Source: Aliivibrio fischeri ES114
Lineage (GTDB): Bacteria > Pseudomonadota > Gammaproteobacteria > Enterobacterales > Vibrionaceae
Assembly (NCBI RefSeq): GCF_000011805.1
Contig: NC_006840.2
Strand: one strand, 5' to 3'
DNA: 32,000 bases
Below are positions 20,158 through 32,000 of the stretch, piece by piece (the stretch's first letter is position 1; each line of letters starts with the position of its first letter). The position numbers were made by a program, and so were the translations under genes. The notes under the pieces were generated by a model. That model was given only the letters and a program-made list of their open reading frames with translations, was not told the origin of the DNA and did no database searches.

Positions 20158-20212
20158 CATTTGAAATGGATTAAGATACACAAGCTCGACAATTTGTAAT
20201 GAGTATTCACTA

Positions 20213-23197
20213 ATGAAAAGAATGTTGATTAACGCAACCCAAAAGGAAGAGTTGCGCGTCGCATTAGTTGATGGCCAACGCCTTTTCGATCTTGATATCG
20301 AAAGTCCTGGTCACGAATCTAAAAAAGCTAATATTTATAAAGGCAAAATCACACGTATCGAACCAAGCTTGGAAGCAGCTTTTGTTGATTACGGCGCTGA
20401 TCGCCATGGTTTCCTTCCCCTTAAGGAAATCGCAAAAGAATATTTTCCACAAGGCTACACATATCAAGGTCGTCCAAACATTAAGGACGTTTTGAAAGAA
20501 GGCCAAGAAGTTATTGTTCAAGTTGAAAAAGAAGAGCGCGGAAACAAAGGCGCAGCTTTAACAACGTTCATATCTCTTGCTGGTAGTTACCTTGTTCTTA
20601 TGCCAAACAACCCTCGTGCAGGCGGTATTTCTCGTCGTATCGAAGGTGAAGAGCGCACTCAATTAAAAGCAGCATTAAGCACATTAGAACTACCTCAAGG
20701 TATGGGACTAATTGTACGTACTGCAGGTGTTGGCAAATCAGCTGAAGAACTTGAGTGGGATTTAAATGTTCTACTGAACCACTGGGAAGCGGTTAAACAC
20801 GCTTCTGAATCAAACCAAGCTCCATTCCTAATTCACCAAGAAAGTAACGTAATTGTTCGCGCAATTCGTGATTACTTACGTCGTGATATTGGTGAAATCT
20901 TAATTGATAGCCCGAAAATCTTTGATCGTGCTCGTCAACATATTCAACTTATTCGTCCAGATTTCTTATCTCGCGTTAAGCTGTATGAAGGCGAAGTTCC
21001 TCTGTTTAGTCACTACCAAATCGAAAGCCAAATTGAATCAGCATTTGAGCGTGAAGTTCGTCTTCCATCTGGTGGCTCTATTGTTATTGACCCAACAGAA
21101 GCTTTAACATCAATTGATATCAACTCTGCTCGTGCAACGAAAGGTGGTGATATTGAAGAAACGGCACTAAATACAAACCTTGAAGCTGCTGACGAAATCG
21201 CACGTCAATTACGTTTACGTGACTTAGGTGGTTTAGTAGTTATCGACTTTATCGACATGACACCAGTTCGTCACCAACGTGAAGTTGAAAACCGTATGCG
21301 TGAAGCCGTTCGTATGGATCGTGCTCGTGTTCAAATCGGTCGTATTTCTCGTTTCGGTCTTCTAGAAATGTCTCGCCAACGCTTAAGCCCGTCTTTAGCA
21401 GAAGCAAGCCACCATATTTGTCCTCGTTGTACGGGTACTGGTGTGGTTCGTGATAACGAATCTCTAGCTCTGTCTGTTCTACGTTTAATTGAAGAAGAAT
21501 CATTAAAAGACAATACAACACAAGTTCTTGCTGTTGTTCCTGTTTCTATTGCTTCTTATTTATTGAATGAAAAACGACGTTCAGTTCAACACATTGAAAA
21601 ATTCCATGATGTTCGCGTAATTATTGTTCCTAACTCTGATATGGAAACGCCTCACTTTGAAGTGATTCGTATCCGTGATGGTGAAGAGCAAGAGATGCTG
21701 TCTTACCTTCTTCCTAAGAAGCTAGAAGCGCTACGTGAAGCTGAATCAAAAGAAGCTCCAGTTGTAAATATTGCTCCTAAGAAACGTGAAGAACCTGTTC
21801 TTCAAGGTTTCAGTGCACCAACTCAGGCTGCGCCAGTTGCTAAAGCACAACCAGAGAAAAAAGCAGAAGCAAAAACTGAAGAAAAACCTGGCATTATTAG
21901 CCGTTTCTTCAAAGCAATTGCTAACTTCTTCTCAGCTCCTGAAGTATCAGAGAAAACTGAAAAGAAAGTTGAAGAAGAGAAACCAGCTCAACCTCAACGT
22001 CGTAATCAAAATCGCAATAATGACCGTCGCCGTAATAACGAAAATGGTCGTAATAACCGCAACAATCGTCGTAATGGTAACGATAACCGTAACGAAAACC
22101 GTCGTGGTAAAAAGCAAGACGATGCGAATGCAACAACAGGCAAGCAAGCTAAAGCAAATGATAATAAGCCAACTAAACAGCCTAAAGTACGCAAAGAAAT
22201 TGCAGAACAAGGTCTTAAATTAGCGGCTGATGCTCAACAAGCTCCTGCACAAAACACTGAAAAGCAAACTGAAAAACGTGAAAAAACGGCTCAAGTAAAA
22301 CAGCGTCGTCAACGTCGTCAATTGCAGAAAAAAGTACGTACAGGTAAAGCGGTTGAAGCTGAAAATGATGCAGTTGTAGCAGCACAAGTTGAAGCTCAAC
22401 AATCAAACACTGAAGTAAATACTGAGAAAAACACTGAGCGTAAAGAAGGCCAACGTCGTAACCGTCGTTCACCTCGTCACCTTCGTGCAAGCGGTCAACG
22501 TCGCCGTCGTCGCGATCGTCGCCCTGTAAACCCTTCTCGTTTATCTTCTGGTGTTGCATCACCTGAAATGGCAATGGGCAAAGCTTATCCTGATTTCGCG
22601 CGTATTCTGGAAATGAAGCAAGCGAAACAACGCCAACAAGAGAAATTCGTAGATAACGAAACTCAAGCGGCTCAAGATAAAGCACCAAAAGTTAACGTTC
22701 AAATCGGTGGCGTTGCTTTCCCTGAAATGGCTATGGGTAAAGTATTACTTCCTTATGTTGAAGCATCTGTTGCTACGATTAAAGAAGCGGTACAAGCACC
22801 TGTTGTTGAAGAAGTGAAAGAGACAACTCCAGCACCAGTTGAAGTTGCTGTGACTGAAGCTCCAACTGCTACTCCTGTAGTAAACGTCGTAGCAGAAACA
22901 CCTGTTGAACCAGCGGTAGCAGAAGTAAATGAAGTTGCTGTTGCTGAAGCTGCTGTAAAACCCGTTGTTGAAGTTGAAGAAGTACAACCTGTTGTTGAAA
23001 CTAAGGTTGCTCCAAAAACTCAATACAAGGGACATGCTTCTTCTGGTATGACAAAAGCAACAGGTCCAACAGAGATTAAAGAAATCACTGTGACTGCTGC
23101 TGAGTTCAGAGCAGAACGCTTTACTCCAAAACAAGCGGGTAGCCAAACAGCCACATCTCAAGCAAGTGCTGCGATGGCAAAAACTGCCGCTTTATAA
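20213..23197 (+). CDS. rne: Ribonuclease E, 994 aa, with low-complexity Arg/Asn-rich C-terminal scaffold
   Basis: [70 protein letters not shown] (S1 domain); CPRCTGTG zinc-link; Arg-rich and PEMAMGK-containing tail. Confidence 0.97.
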   Translation: MKRMLINATQKEELRVALVDGQRLFDLDIESPGHESKKANIYKGKITRIEPSLEAAFVDYGADRHGFLPLKEIAKEYFPQGYTYQGRPNIKDVLKEGQEVIVQVEKEERGNKGAALTTFISLAGSYLVLMPNNPRAGGISRRIEGEERTQLKAALSTLELPQGMGLIVRTAGVGKSAEELEWDLNVLLNHWEAVKHASESNQAPFLIHQESNVIVRAIRDYLRRDIGEILIDSPKIFDRARQHIQLIRPDFLSRVKLYEGEVPLFSHYQIESQIESAFEREVRLPSGGSIVIDPTEALTSIDINSARATKGGDIEETALNTNLEAADEIARQLRLRDLGGLVVIDFIDMTPVRHQREVENRMREAVRMDRARVQIGRISRFGLLEMSRQRLSPSLAEASHHICPRCTGTGVVRDNESLALSVLRLIEEESLKDNTTQVLAVVPVSIASYLLNEKRRSVQHIEKFHDVRVIIVPNSDMETPHFEVIRIRDGEEQEMLSYLLPKKLEALREAESKEAPVVNIAPKKREEPVLQGFSAPTQAAPVAKAQPEKKAEAKTEEKPGIISRFFKAIANFFSAPEVSEKTEKKVEEEKPAQPQRRNQNRNNDRRRNNENGRNNRNNRRNGNDNRNENRRGKKQDDANATTGKQAKANDNKPTKQPKVRKEIAEQGLKLAADAQQAPAQNTEKQTEKREKTAQVKQRRQRRQLQKKVRTGKAVEAENDAVVAAQVEAQQSNTEVNTEKNTERKEGQRRNRRSPRHLRASGQRRRRRDRRPVNPSRLSSGVASPEMAMGKAYPDFARILEMKQAKQRQQEKFVDNETQAAQDKAPKVNVQIGGVAFPEMAMGKVLLPYVEASVATIKEAVQAPVVEEVKETTPAPVEVAVTEAPTATPVVNVVAETPVEPAVAEVNEVAVAEAAVKPVVEVEEVQPVVETKVAPKTQYKGHASSGMTKATGPTEIKEITVTAAEFRAERFTPKQAGSQTATSQASAAMAKTAAL

Positions 23198-23239
23198 TTT
23201 TTTAGGCAAACGCCTTTAAAACAAATAACCAATAAAATT

Positions 23240-23273
23240 AAGCAAGTTACGTTTCGACGTAACTTGCTTTTTT
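23240..23273 (+). terminator. Intrinsic terminator downstream of rne
   Basis: AAGCAAGTTACG-TTTCGA-CGTAACTTGCTT followed by a T-run. Confidence 0.9.
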
Positions 23274-23373
23274 TATATCTAATTCCGAATAAACATTGAA
23301 GTTCATCACGCTTTTCTGTACGATTCGCCGCACACTATGCTTGAAAAACAACCAAAGAAGATATCTAAAAAAC

Positions 23374-24921
23374 ATGTTTGAATTTCCAAAATTTTCTAAT
23401 CATTCTGTAAAGAATGATGTCTTATCAGGTCTAACCGTTGCGCTAGCCTTGGTACCTGAAGCTGTAGCTTTTGCCTTTGTTGCAGGTGTTGACCCAATGG
23501 TAGGCTTATATGCTGCCTTCATCGTAGGTTTAATTACTTCTCTTATTGGTGGCCGTCCAGGTATGATCTCTGGTGCAACGGGTGCTATGGCTGTAGTAAT
23601 GGTTAGCTTAGTTTCTGTTCACGGCGTTCAATACCTTTTTGCTGCCATTATGCTCGCCGGTATTCTTCAAATTTCAGCTGGTTTATTTAAGCTTGGTAAA
23701 TTCATTCGTATCGTGCCACACCCTGTAATGATCGGATTTGTAAACGGCCTTGCTATTGTTATCTTCCTTGCTCAACTTGGTCAATTTAAAGCGCCCGATG
23801 CATTAGGTAACCTGGATTGGCTTCAAGGCGATCAAATGATGTTAATGCTTGGCCTTGTTGCTGTAACTATGGCTATCATTCATTTCTTACCAAAGTTAAC
23901 AACTGCAGTTCCATCGTCATTGGTTGCTATTATTGTTGTTACAGGCTTAGTGCAAGGTTTAGATTTAGACACTCGTACTGTAGTAGATTTTCTACGTACA
24001 ATGAGTGGTAATGATTCAGCAACACTAGCAGGTTCTTTACCAACATTTGCATTACCGGTTGTTCCTCTGTCATTAGAAACACTTTACATCATCTTCCCAT
24101 ATGCGCTTATCTTAGCGGCAATAGGTCTTATCGAATCCCTTCTAACATTAACGGTAATTGATGAGATGACAGGTACTCGTGGTCAATCAAATCGTGAGTG
24201 TGTTGGTCAAGGTGTTGCAAACGTAACATGTTCTGTATTTGGCGCTATGGGCGGCTGTGCAATGATTGGTCAATCAATGATTAACGTAAACTCTGGTGGT
24301 CGTGGTCGTTTATCTGGCATCGTAGCTGCTGTAATGCTGTTAGTCTTCATCCTATTTGCTTCTTCACTAATTGAGATGATCCCTCTAGCTGCTCTTGTTG
24401 GTGTTATGTTCATGGTAGTTATTGGTACATTTGAATGGGCAACATTCAAACTTGCACGCCGAGTACCAAAACAAGACTTCTTCGTGATTGTACTTGTAAC
24501 CGTTGTTACTGTGTTTACTGACCTTGCTGTAGCAGTAGCTGTTGGTGTTATTGCATCAGCACTTATGTTTGCATGGCAACACGCTAAACACATCTTCTCT
24601 ACAAACTCTGTAAACGAAGAAGGTTCTAAAGTTTATGAGATTAATGGTCCAATTTTCTTTGGTTCAGCAGCAAACTTCTTAGAGTTATTCGACGTTGAAA
24701 ATGATCCTCAAGACATCATTATTGACTTCGCAGCATCACGTGTTGTTGACCATTCAGCTATTGAAGCCGTTGATACTATCGCTGAGCGTTATTCTAAGGC
24801 AGGTAAAAAAGTACATCTTCGTCACTTAAGCCAAGATTGCCATGCTCTTCTAAATAAAGCAGGTAGCTTAGTTGAAATCAATGTACAAGAAGACCCTATC
24901 TATAAAGTTGTGAGCCAATAA
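23374..24921 (+). CDS. SulP-family anion transporter with STAS domain
   Basis: [50 protein letters not shown]-terminal STAS-like [22 protein letters not shown] 23374 is favoured over the track start 23296. Confidence 0.9.
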   Translation: MFEFPKFSNHSVKNDVLSGLTVALALVPEAVAFAFVAGVDPMVGLYAAFIVGLITSLIGGRPGMISGATGAMAVVMVSLVSVHGVQYLFAAIMLAGILQISAGLFKLGKFIRIVPHPVMIGFVNGLAIVIFLAQLGQFKAPDALGNLDWLQGDQMMLMLGLVAVTMAIIHFLPKLTTAVPSSLVAIIVVTGLVQGLDLDTRTVVDFLRTMSGNDSATLAGSLPTFALPVVPLSLETLYIIFPYALILAAIGLIESLLTLTVIDEMTGTRGQSNRECVGQGVANVTCSVFGAMGGCAMIGQSMINVNSGGRGRLSGIVAAVMLLVFILFASSLIEMIPLAALVGVMFMVVIGTFEWATFKLARRVPKQDFFVIVLVTVVTVFTDLAVAVAVGVIASALMFAWQHAKHIFSTNSVNEEGSKVYEINGPIFFGSAANFLELFDVENDPQDIIIDFAASRVVDHSAIEAVDTIAERYSKAGKKVHLRHLSQDCHALLNKAGSLVEINVQEDPIYKVVSQ

Positions 24922-24955
24922 ATAGGCACATAGCTCAAATTCATTGATAGACTTT

Positions 24956-24992
24956 AAAAATCCCGATATGGTTCTCCTGTCGGGATTTTTTA
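24956..24992 (+). terminator. Intrinsic terminator downstream of sulP-type gene
   Basis: AAAAATCCCGA-(13)-TCGGGATTTTTT. Confidence 0.85.
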
Positions 24993-25021
24993 TATTCACC
25001 TTTCTTTTAATGGAATAAAAC

Positions 25022-25627
25022 ATGACTGAACAAGATAAAAAAGTCGAACGTTACAAACAACGTCAAGAAAAAATTAAAAACAACGTTGATAAACGTGTGG
25101 CCGAGGCTCAAGAAGAAAAAGGTCTACTCTTAATCATTACAGGAAATGGTAAAGGAAAAACCACATCAGGCTTTGGTACTGTCGCTAGAGCAGTTGGTCA
25201 TGGACTTAATTGCATAGTAGCTCAATTTATCAAAGGCACTTGGGATTGCGGTGAACGAAATTTATTAGAAATGCATAACGTGCCATTCTATGTAATGAAA
25301 ACTGGCTTTACTTGGAATACTCAAGATAAAGAATCAGATACAAAAGCAGCTCAAGCCGTATGGGAAGAATGTAAAAAAGCGCTCGAAGATGAGTCTATCG
25401 ATTTAGTTTTGCTTGATGAAATGACGTATATGGTCACCTATGGCTATATTGATTTGAAAGAAGTAAAAACAGCACTATCGAATCGTCCTAAAATGCAATC
25501 TGTCGTTATTACAGGACGAGCAGCACATCGTGAGTTAATTGAAATGGCGGATACCGTTTCTGAAGTGCGAAGTGTTAAACATGCATTCGATTCTGGTATT
25601 AAAGCGTTAAAAGGCATTGATTGGTAA
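25022..25627 (+). CDS. cobO: Cob(I)yrinic acid a,c-diamide adenosyltransferase (CobO/BtuR)
   Basis: KGLLLIITGNGKGKTTSGFGTVARAVGHG P-loop; LLDEMTYMVTYGYI; VVITGRAAHRELIEMADTVSE. Confidence 0.92.
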   Translation: MTEQDKKVERYKQRQEKIKNNVDKRVAEAQEEKGLLLIITGNGKGKTTSGFGTVARAVGHGLNCIVAQFIKGTWDCGERNLLEMHNVPFYVMKTGFTWNTQDKESDTKAAQAVWEECKKALEDESIDLVLLDEMTYMVTYGYIDLKEVKTALSNRPKMQSVVITGRAAHRELIEMADTVSEVRSVKHAFDSGIKALKGIDW

Positions 25628-25639
25628 TGTCTAAAACAA

Positions 25640-25673
25640 AAATGGCCTACAATCTTAATGATGCAGGCCATTT
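25640..25673. terminator. Terminator between convergent cobO and asmA-like genes
   Basis: AAATGGCCT-(16)-AGGCCATTT. Confidence 0.6.
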
Positions 25674-25698
25674 CTTTATATGATGCTATAGATCAAAC

Positions 25699-27840
25699 TT
25701 AGTTAAAAAGTCCTTTAAGTAATTTATTTGCTGCATCTTTTACTTTTTCATCTTTAATCTTATCGCCATATTTTTCTTCTAGCTTCTCAATACCACGATC
25801 AATTTCTTTTTGTGCTTTTTGTTTCATCACATCATCGAATTCAAGTTTATATTTAGGGTTTGTCCAAGATCCCGTTACTCGAATTGGAATCGTCACATCT
25901 TTTAGATCGTCAATATCCTTACCGCCCTGTCCCTTTAATGTGCCCACAATAGACGTTTTAATCAGCATGTTTGCTGTTTCATTCACATAATGTGCAGAAC
26001 CTTCACCATGAATACGAAGCAGAGGAGAAACCATCTTAATATTTTTAGTTGTTGCATTACCGTTTGCTAGATAAAAGTCTGCAGTAAGGGCACTGAAATC
26101 TGTTTTTTCAGCTTCTTCGCTTCCTTTAACTTTTTCACCTTTAATCTTTGCATAAGTAGTACGGATTAATAACGGAATGTTAATACCATTTACAGCACCA
26201 TCAGCAAAGTTAATCGAAACTTTCCCTTTAAGATTCTGCTTAAGTGCCGTTGGTTTTAAACTTTTCCCTGATGCATTAATCGCTATATTACCTGTACCTT
26301 CTACAAGACTTTCACCCATAACATCCGTTAATAAAGGCGCAACTTTTACTCCTTTAATCGTCTGTTTAACGCTATAAGTCGGTACTGATTTTCGAGCATC
26401 AAGTGTTGCAGTCATATCAATTCCACCACTGTATAAATCAGAATGAAATTTCGTTAATTTCAGTACTCCACGATTAACAGAGAACACAGACGTCACATTC
26501 TGCATTTTTGCGTTATTAGCTTTAAATTTATCAATAATGATTGAACCCGCAACATCTAACGTTTTCAATGCACTTAAGTCAGGTTCCACTTCTTTTACTG
26601 GTGTAGATGACGCTTTTGTTGATGTCGTTGAATCTACTGTTTTAGATGACTCATCTTTTGGTAACGTAGCTAGTAAAGCATCAACATCAATACTTGGGCT
26701 ACGTAGATCAAAGCGAACTTTAGGAATATCATTTAATTGAACGCTTAGCTTACCAGTAAAATCGGTATCGACCGCTGATAAAGCAAGCTTGTCTATCTTC
26801 AAGAACGATTTGTTTAGAGCAAAGGAACTATTAAATCCAATAACAGCAGTCACATCTTCATTTGGAATGCCTTTTCCCTTCACATTATTAGTACTTGTGA
26901 ATTCCTTGATTTTAATTAGGTCTAACGCTTTTGGTACATAAAGAGCAAATGTTGAATTCGAATTAACCTCTAAATTATTTGCTTTACCTTTTACTTTTAA
27001 AACTAAATTAGCCCATTTATCAAAAGAAAATTGATCAATTGTAAAGGTAATATCATTAAATTTATTTACGGCATCAGCATACGATGCATTAAATTCAACA
27101 TTCTTAAATGAAGCATCATCTAGCGTTTCAGCTATATTAAGCTCTGTTTTCCCTTTTAGTGCGACTTTTTGCTTACCTAAGTCCCCTTTTAAATCAAAAT
27201 TTAATTTGGCCCACTGCCCTGGAATGAACTGTGAAAGGGATAAATTCATATCACTAAAGTGAATTTTTGAACCTGCTTTATCATCTTGGATAAGCACTTC
27301 AGCATTAGTTAAAGCAATACCTTGTAAAGAGACTTTCCAACCATTGAACTCTGTACTTGTTGCTGATGATGCTTCTGGATTAACGTCAGTCTCTTCTGCT
27401 GGAGCCGTTGGATTATTATTTTCTACTGTTGATGTTTCTTTTTTAGCGACAAGACCATCTAAATTAGTAACTCCATTTTTTAATGTGTGTAACGTAAATG
27501 AAGCACCATCTAACGTGATAAGACCAATACTGACTTCCTGTTGAAATAACGGACGTACATTAAGATCAAGTATTGCATTATCAAATGACACTAAATTAGG
27601 CTCAACAAACCCTTCAGGGTTACTTAATGCCATTTTTCCGATCGAAAAGCCTATTGATGGAAAAAAGCGCCATTCAATATCACCATCTATCGTTAATTGA
27701 CGACCAGTTTGAGCTTCAACTTGCTCTGTGATTAACGGTTTAAATTCATTAGGGTTAACAAGTAACACTAATACCAATACAGCACCGATTACTGCAATAA
27801 ACGGTATACTAATTAATAGGGCTATTTTCTTCACGGCCAA
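25699..27840 (-). CDS. AsmA-family protein
   Basis: N-terminal TM, then VNPNEFKPLITEQVEAQTGRQLTIDGDIEWRFFPSIGFSIGKMALSNPEGF, the AsmA N-terminal signature. Confidence 0.9.
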   Translation of the reverse strand: MAVKKIALLISIPFIAVIGAVLVLVLLVNPNEFKPLITEQVEAQTGRQLTIDGDIEWRFFPSIGFSIGKMALSNPEGFVEPNLVSFDNAILDLNVRPLFQQEVSIGLITLDGASFTLHTLKNGVTNLDGLVAKKETSTVENNNPTAPAEETDVNPEASSATSTEFNGWKVSLQGIALTNAEVLIQDDKAGSKIHFSDMNLSLSQFIPGQWAKLNFDLKGDLGKQKVALKGKTELNIAETLDDASFKNVEFNASYADAVNKFNDITFTIDQFSFDKWANLVLKVKGKANNLEVNSNSTFALYVPKALDLIKIKEFTSTNNVKGKGIPNEDVTAVIGFNSSFALNKSFLKIDKLALSAVDTDFTGKLSVQLNDIPKVRFDLRSPSIDVDALLATLPKDESSKTVDSTTSTKASSTPVKEVEPDLSALKTLDVAGSIIIDKFKANNAKMQNVTSVFSVNRGVLKLTKFHSDLYSGGIDMTATLDARKSVPTYSVKQTIKGVKVAPLLTDVMGESLVEGTGNIAINASGKSLKPTALKQNLKGKVSINFADGAVNGINIPLLIRTTYAKIKGEKVKGSEEAEKTDFSALTADFYLANGNATTKNIKMVSPLLRIHGEGSAHYVNETANMLIKTSIVGTLKGQGGKDIDDLKDVTIPIRVTGSWTNPKYKLEFDDVMKQKAQKEIDRGIEKLEEKYGDKIKDEKVKDAANKLLKGLFN

Positions 27841-27967
27841 AATCCATCTAATTGTTCTTAAATAGTAACGATAGTGTTAAGTATGCCATCAGTTAAGCAT
27901 AATAAACATGAGCTTATCGATAGTTATATATTGGAGTATAGCGAAATTATACGATATGAGACAAAAA

Positions 27968-27994
27968 AAAGGCCGACATAATTGTCGGCCCTTT
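27968..27994 (-). terminator. Intrinsic terminator downstream of udk
   Basis: GGCCGACA-TAAT-TGTCGGCC with T-tract on the minus strand. Confidence 0.9.
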
Positions 27995-28008
27995 TAAAGA
28001 TAAATTTC

Positions 28009-28656
28009 TTACGCTTTTAATAAGCGTGAGATATGTGCTTTTAGTACATCAATCGCAATGCGGTTTTTACCACCACGTGGAACGATAATGTCAGCGTGCT
28101 GTTTTGATGGGTCAATAAATTGCATGAACATTGGACGTACTGTTTTTTGGTATTGCTCAAAAACAGATTCCATTGTACGGCCACGCTCTTCTACATCACG
28201 TCGAGCACGACGTAATAGGCAGATATCTAAAGGAGTATCCATAAATACACTTGCATGCATTAAATTACGTAAACGTGGATCTGTTAGTAATAAAATACCT
28301 TCAAGAATAATTACTTTCTTTGGAGTCATTACATCAACTTCAGAAGTACGAGTATGCTCTGTATAACTGTAAGTTGGAATATTAACCGCTTCACCACGCA
28401 TAAGTTGCTCTAAATGTTCACAAAGCAATTCATGATCCAATGCATTTGGGTGATCGTAATTTGTTTTGACTCTTTCTTCCATGGTCAGGTGGCTTTGGTC
28501 CTTGTAGTAACTGTCTTCAGTTATTACACCAATCTGATGATCGCCAACTTTTGCTCGTAGTTCATTATAAATTGTTGAAGCAATCAAGCTTTTACCTGAA
28601 GCTGATGCGCCTGCAATACCTACGATAATACAGTGATGATTACTGTTCTCTGACAT
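28009..28656 (-). CDS. udk: Uridine kinase
   Basis: [25 protein letters not shown]-loop; [14 protein letters not shown]; [13 protein letters not shown]; [17 protein letters not shown]. Confidence 0.95.
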   Translation of the reverse strand: MSENSNHHCIIVGIAGASASGKSLIASTIYNELRAKVGDHQIGVITEDSYYKDQSHLTMEERVKTNYDHPNALDHELLCEHLEQLMRGEAVNIPTYSYTEHTRTSEVDVMTPKKVIILEGILLLTDPRLRNLMHASVFMDTPLDICLLRRARRDVEERGRTMESVFEQYQKTVRPMFMQFIDPSKQHADIIVPRGGKNRIAIDVLKAHISRLLKA

Positions 28657-28760
28657 AAAAGATACCTAAAAGTGTGCGATATACGGATATTTAATAAAAC
28701 CGCCTGATTATAGGGATTACTAGTGATACTTTCCAGCTCAAATTTCACTTAAGTGTGATC

Positions 28761-29858
28761 CTACAATGACTTGAACATTATTTGGTCAGGAATCACCTCT
28801 CCTTGCCAGTATAGTCGACTTGATACTTGTTCTGCCAAGTTAATATACAATTTACTGTGAGGACTTGTTGAATTAATAGCCACGCTAGGCGTCCCAGAAT
28901 CCGTTTCACTTCGTATATCGATATGTAATGGTAATTGAGATAATAATGGGATCGAGTAACGTTGAGCCATAGTTAATGCGCCACCAGTTCCAAAAATCGC
29001 TTCTTGATGTCCACAATTAGAGCAAATATGAATACTCATGTTTTCGACCACACCAATCACAGGCACATCTACTTTCGTAAACATATTCACACCTTTAATC
29101 GCATCAGTTAATGCTAGATCTTGTGGTGTCGTAACAATTACAGCTCCTGTCGTCGGCACTTGTTGAGACAATGTAAGTTGAATATCACCAGTACCTGGTG
29201 GCATATCAATAATAAGATAATCCAAATCTGGCCACCATGTTTCATTAAGAAGCTGAGATAAAGCTTTAGATGCCATAGGGCCACGCCACACTGCCGCTTC
29301 GCCTTTTTCGACTAAGTAACCAATTGAATTACTGTATAGCCCATGAGCCTCGATTGGCATCATTCTATTATTATCAACAATCGCTGGTTTCTTATCTTCA
29401 ACACCTAGCATCAAAGGTACAGAAGGACCGTATATATCTGCATCCAATATACCAACACGTGCACCTAAATGGTGTAGAGCTAATGCTAAATTCACAGCTG
29501 TAGTTGATTTACCGACTCCACCTTTACCTGAACTCACCGCAATGATATTTTTTACGCCTTTAACTGCTGGCTGATTTGTTTTTAAAGACGAGGTTTTAGA
29601 TGAGACGAATACAGAGAGATCGGGCAACGCCAACTCAAGTTTTTGTCCTTCTAACCAGTGGTTAAAATCAGTTTGTAGGCTCTTTGATACAAAAGGAAAA
29701 ACAACATTAATATTTCCTGTAGCTTCAATCGATACCACATTTGAAATATCAGCCCAACCTTCACAAAGTTGCGAATGCGTAAACGTATTTAACCAATTTT
29801 TAATCTCTACCATCGTTTGAAATGCCATCTTCAATGCTCCACGGTTATTTTTACTCAT
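28761..29858 (-). CDS. apbC: Mrp/ApbC-type iron-sulfur cluster carrier ATPase (start may be MAFQTM at 29828)
   Basis: VSSGKGGVGKSTTAVNLALALHHLGARVGILDADIYGPSVP; NMSIHICSNCGHQEAIFG (CxxC); divergent from metG. Confidence 0.92.
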   Translation of the reverse strand: MSKNNRGALKMAFQTMVEIKNWLNTFTHSQLCEGWADISNVVSIEATGNINVVFPFVSKSLQTDFNHWLEGQKLELALPDLSVFVSSKTSSLKTNQPAVKGVKNIIAVSSGKGGVGKSTTAVNLALALHHLGARVGILDADIYGPSVPLMLGVEDKKPAIVDNNRMMPIEAHGLYSNSIGYLVEKGEAAVWRGPMASKALSQLLNETWWPDLDYLIIDMPPGTGDIQLTLSQQVPTTGAVIVTTPQDLALTDAIKGVNMFTKVDVPVIGVVENMSIHICSNCGHQEAIFGTGGALTMAQRYSIPLLSQLPLHIDIRSETDSGTPSVAINSTSPHSKLYINLAEQVSSRLYWQGEVIPDQIMFKSL

Positions 29859-29962
29859 CCTATCACTAATTGAACCCTTGATCCTCTATGCTTTCTAACT
29901 TGGTTCAGGTACTATTTATCTCTTAAATTTTCACCCATCACATTAAGCGAAAGAGAAGATAT

Positions 29963-32000
29963 GGCTACAGATCCAAGAAAAATTCTGGTTACATGTGCCC
30001 TACCGTATGCAAACGGTTCAATCCACTTAGGCCACATGCTTGAGCATATCCAAGCGGATATCTGGGTTCGTTACCAACGTTTACGCGGCAACGACGTTAA
30101 CTTTATTTGTGCAGATGATGCTCACGGCACACCAATCATGCTTAAAGCTCAACAGATGGGTATTTCTCCAGAAGAAATGATCGCAGCCGTTAGCGAAGAG
30201 CACCAAAAAGATTTCGCTGGCTTTGATATCAGCTTTGATAACTATCACAGCACGCACAGTGATGAAAACCGCGAATTAGCTTCTCACATCTACCTTGAGC
30301 TAAAGAAAAACGGCTTTATTACAAGTCGCACAATTTCTCAGCTGTTCGATCCAGAAAAAGAGATGTTCTTACCTGATCGTTTCGTAAAAGGTACTTGTCC
30401 TAAATGTAAAGCAGAAGACCAATACGGTGATAACTGCGACAACTGTGGCGAAACATACAGCCCAACAGATTTAATTAATCCAAAATCAGCCGTTTCTGGT
30501 GCGACTCCAGTAATGAAAGATTCTGAGCATTTCTTCTTTGACCTGCCTCAGTTTGAAAGCATGCTTAAAGAGTGGACTCGTTCTGGTTCTCTACAATCAG
30601 AAACAGCAAACAAGATGCAAGAGTGGTTTGAATCAGGCCTACAACAATGGGATATCTCTCGTGATGCACCATACTTTGGCTTTGAGATCCCAGGCGAAAC
30701 GAATAAATTCTTCTACGTTTGGTTAGATGCTCCGATTGGTTATATGGGCTCATTCAAAAACCTATGTAATAAGCGTGACGATTTAAACTTTGATGAATAC
30801 TGGAAGAAAGACAGTACAACAGAGCTTTATCACTTCATTGGTAAAGACATTGTTTACTTCCACAGTCTATTCTGGCCTGCAATGCTTGATGGCGCAGGTT
30901 TCCGTAAACCAAACAACGTATTCGTTCACGGTTATGTAACGGTTAACGGTGCGAAAATGTCTAAATCTAAAGGCACTTTCATTAAAGCTGGTACTTACTT
31001 AAATCACTTAGATCCTGAGTGTCTACGTTACTACTATGCAGCGAAACTAAACAGCCGTATTGATGATCTTGATTTAAACCTTGAAGATTTCACTCAACGT
31101 GTAAACTCTGATGTAGTTAACAAGATTGTTAACCTAGCTTCACGTAACGCTGGTTTCATTACTAAACGCTTTGATGGCAAACTTGCAGATAACTTTGTAG
31201 AGCCTGAGCTTTACAATGAATTTATTGCGGCTGCAGATCGTATTGCTGAGCTATATGAAACGCGTGAATTTGGTCGTGCTATCCGTGAAATCACAGCACT
31301 AGCTGATAAAGCAAACCAATACATTGATGAGAAAGCACCTTGGGTTCTTGCAAAAGAAGAAGGGAAAGAACAAGAACTACAAGAAGTGTCTTCTGTAGGT
31401 ATTAACTTGTTCCGTGTATTAATGGCTTACTTAAAACCTGTAATGCCAGAGCTTGCAGCTCGTACTGAAGCGTTCTTAAATGAAACACTAACGTGGGAAG
31501 GCGTCGCACAGCCACTAGTTGCTCATGAGATCACTAAGTTTAAAGCATTATTCGCACGTATTGATCCTAAGAAAGTTGAAGCTATGATTGAAGAGTCTAA
31601 AGAAGACGCAGCAATCGAAATGGCAGCAAAAGAAAAGGCAGAAGCGGAAAAAGAAAAAGCAAGTCAAACTGAGCTAGATAAAGATCCAATCGCAGATGAG
31701 ATTGAGTTCGATGCATTCGAAGCGGTTGATATGCGTATTGCTCGTATTATCTCTTGTGAGGAAGTACCAAAGGCAAACAAACTGCTTAAATTCCAACTAG
31801 ACATCGGTGGCGAAACTCGTCAAGTATTCTCTGGTATTAAATCAGCATATAAACCTGAAGAGCTAGAAGGCAAGCTAACTGTTATGGTTGCTAACCTAAA
31901 ACCTCGTAAAATGAAATTTGGTATGTCTGAAGGTATGATCCTAGCTGCAGGCCCTGGTGGTAAAGAGCTTTGGATTTTAGAACCACACGAAGGCGCTCAA
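29963..32000 (+). CDS. metG: Methionyl-tRNA synthetase (3' end beyond window)
   Basis: [64 protein letters not shown]; zinc knuckle [18 protein letters not shown]; [13 protein letters not shown]; C-terminal tRNA-binding domain. Confidence 0.98.

Noticed and set aside
21921-23161. Overlapping antisense or alternate-frame ORFs in rne (21771..22223, 22215..22688, 22745..23161 and others)
   Set aside because: They arise from the low-complexity, codon-biased C-terminal region of rne. Their translations are compositionally repetitive and have no recognisable domains.
28746-28755. 10-bp palindrome CACTTAAGTG near the apbC 3' end
   Set aside because: Too short and low in complexity to distinguish from chance in AT-rich sequence; no context linking it to a regulator.
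1-32000. Phage, CRISPR, toxin-antitoxin or defence-system content
   Set aside because: I looked for direct repeats with spacers, integrases, transposases and clustered unknown genes. All substantial ORFs except 1301..2071 and the OM barrel are recognisable housekeeping or transport genes.

Overview
This 32 kb window looks like ordinary core chromosome of a Vibrionaceae member, probably Aliivibrio-like (inference from protein content and gene order). I see no phage, transposon, CRISPR array, defence locus or obviously new multi-gene system. Gene order: tyrS(-, partial); secreted hypothetical(+); a 29-aa membrane micro-ORF(-); OM beta-barrel(+); NSS transporter plus a MetS-like small subunit(+); GST(+); ptsG(-); ycfH-holB-tmk-mltG-pabC-fabF-acpP-fabG-fabD-fabH-plsX-rpmF-yceD(-); maf/yceF(+); rluC(-); rne(+) with a structured leader; SulP transporter(+); cobO-type adenosyltransferase(+); asmA-like(-); udk(-); apbC/mrp(-); metG(+, partial). 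The most notable observations are: (1) holB is split by two indels that bracket its zinc-binding Cys cluster; (2) fabD has a +1 shift in a T-run just after its natural start; (3) the mltG N-terminus appears frameshifted and shortened, losing its membrane anchor. Three disrupted genes within about 6 kb, two of them normally essential, suggest either sequence or assembly errors or something biologically odd. Smaller items are an unlisted 29-aa membrane protein gene with its own Shine-Dalgarno and terminator, the MetS-like subunit, a heptanucleotide CTAGAAA repeat at the metS stop codon, a C-rich/G-poor candidate Rho-utilisation region, a LacI-family-like perfect palindrome upstream of ptsG, an acpP/fabF intergenic attenuator, and a terminator-like element in the rne leader region.
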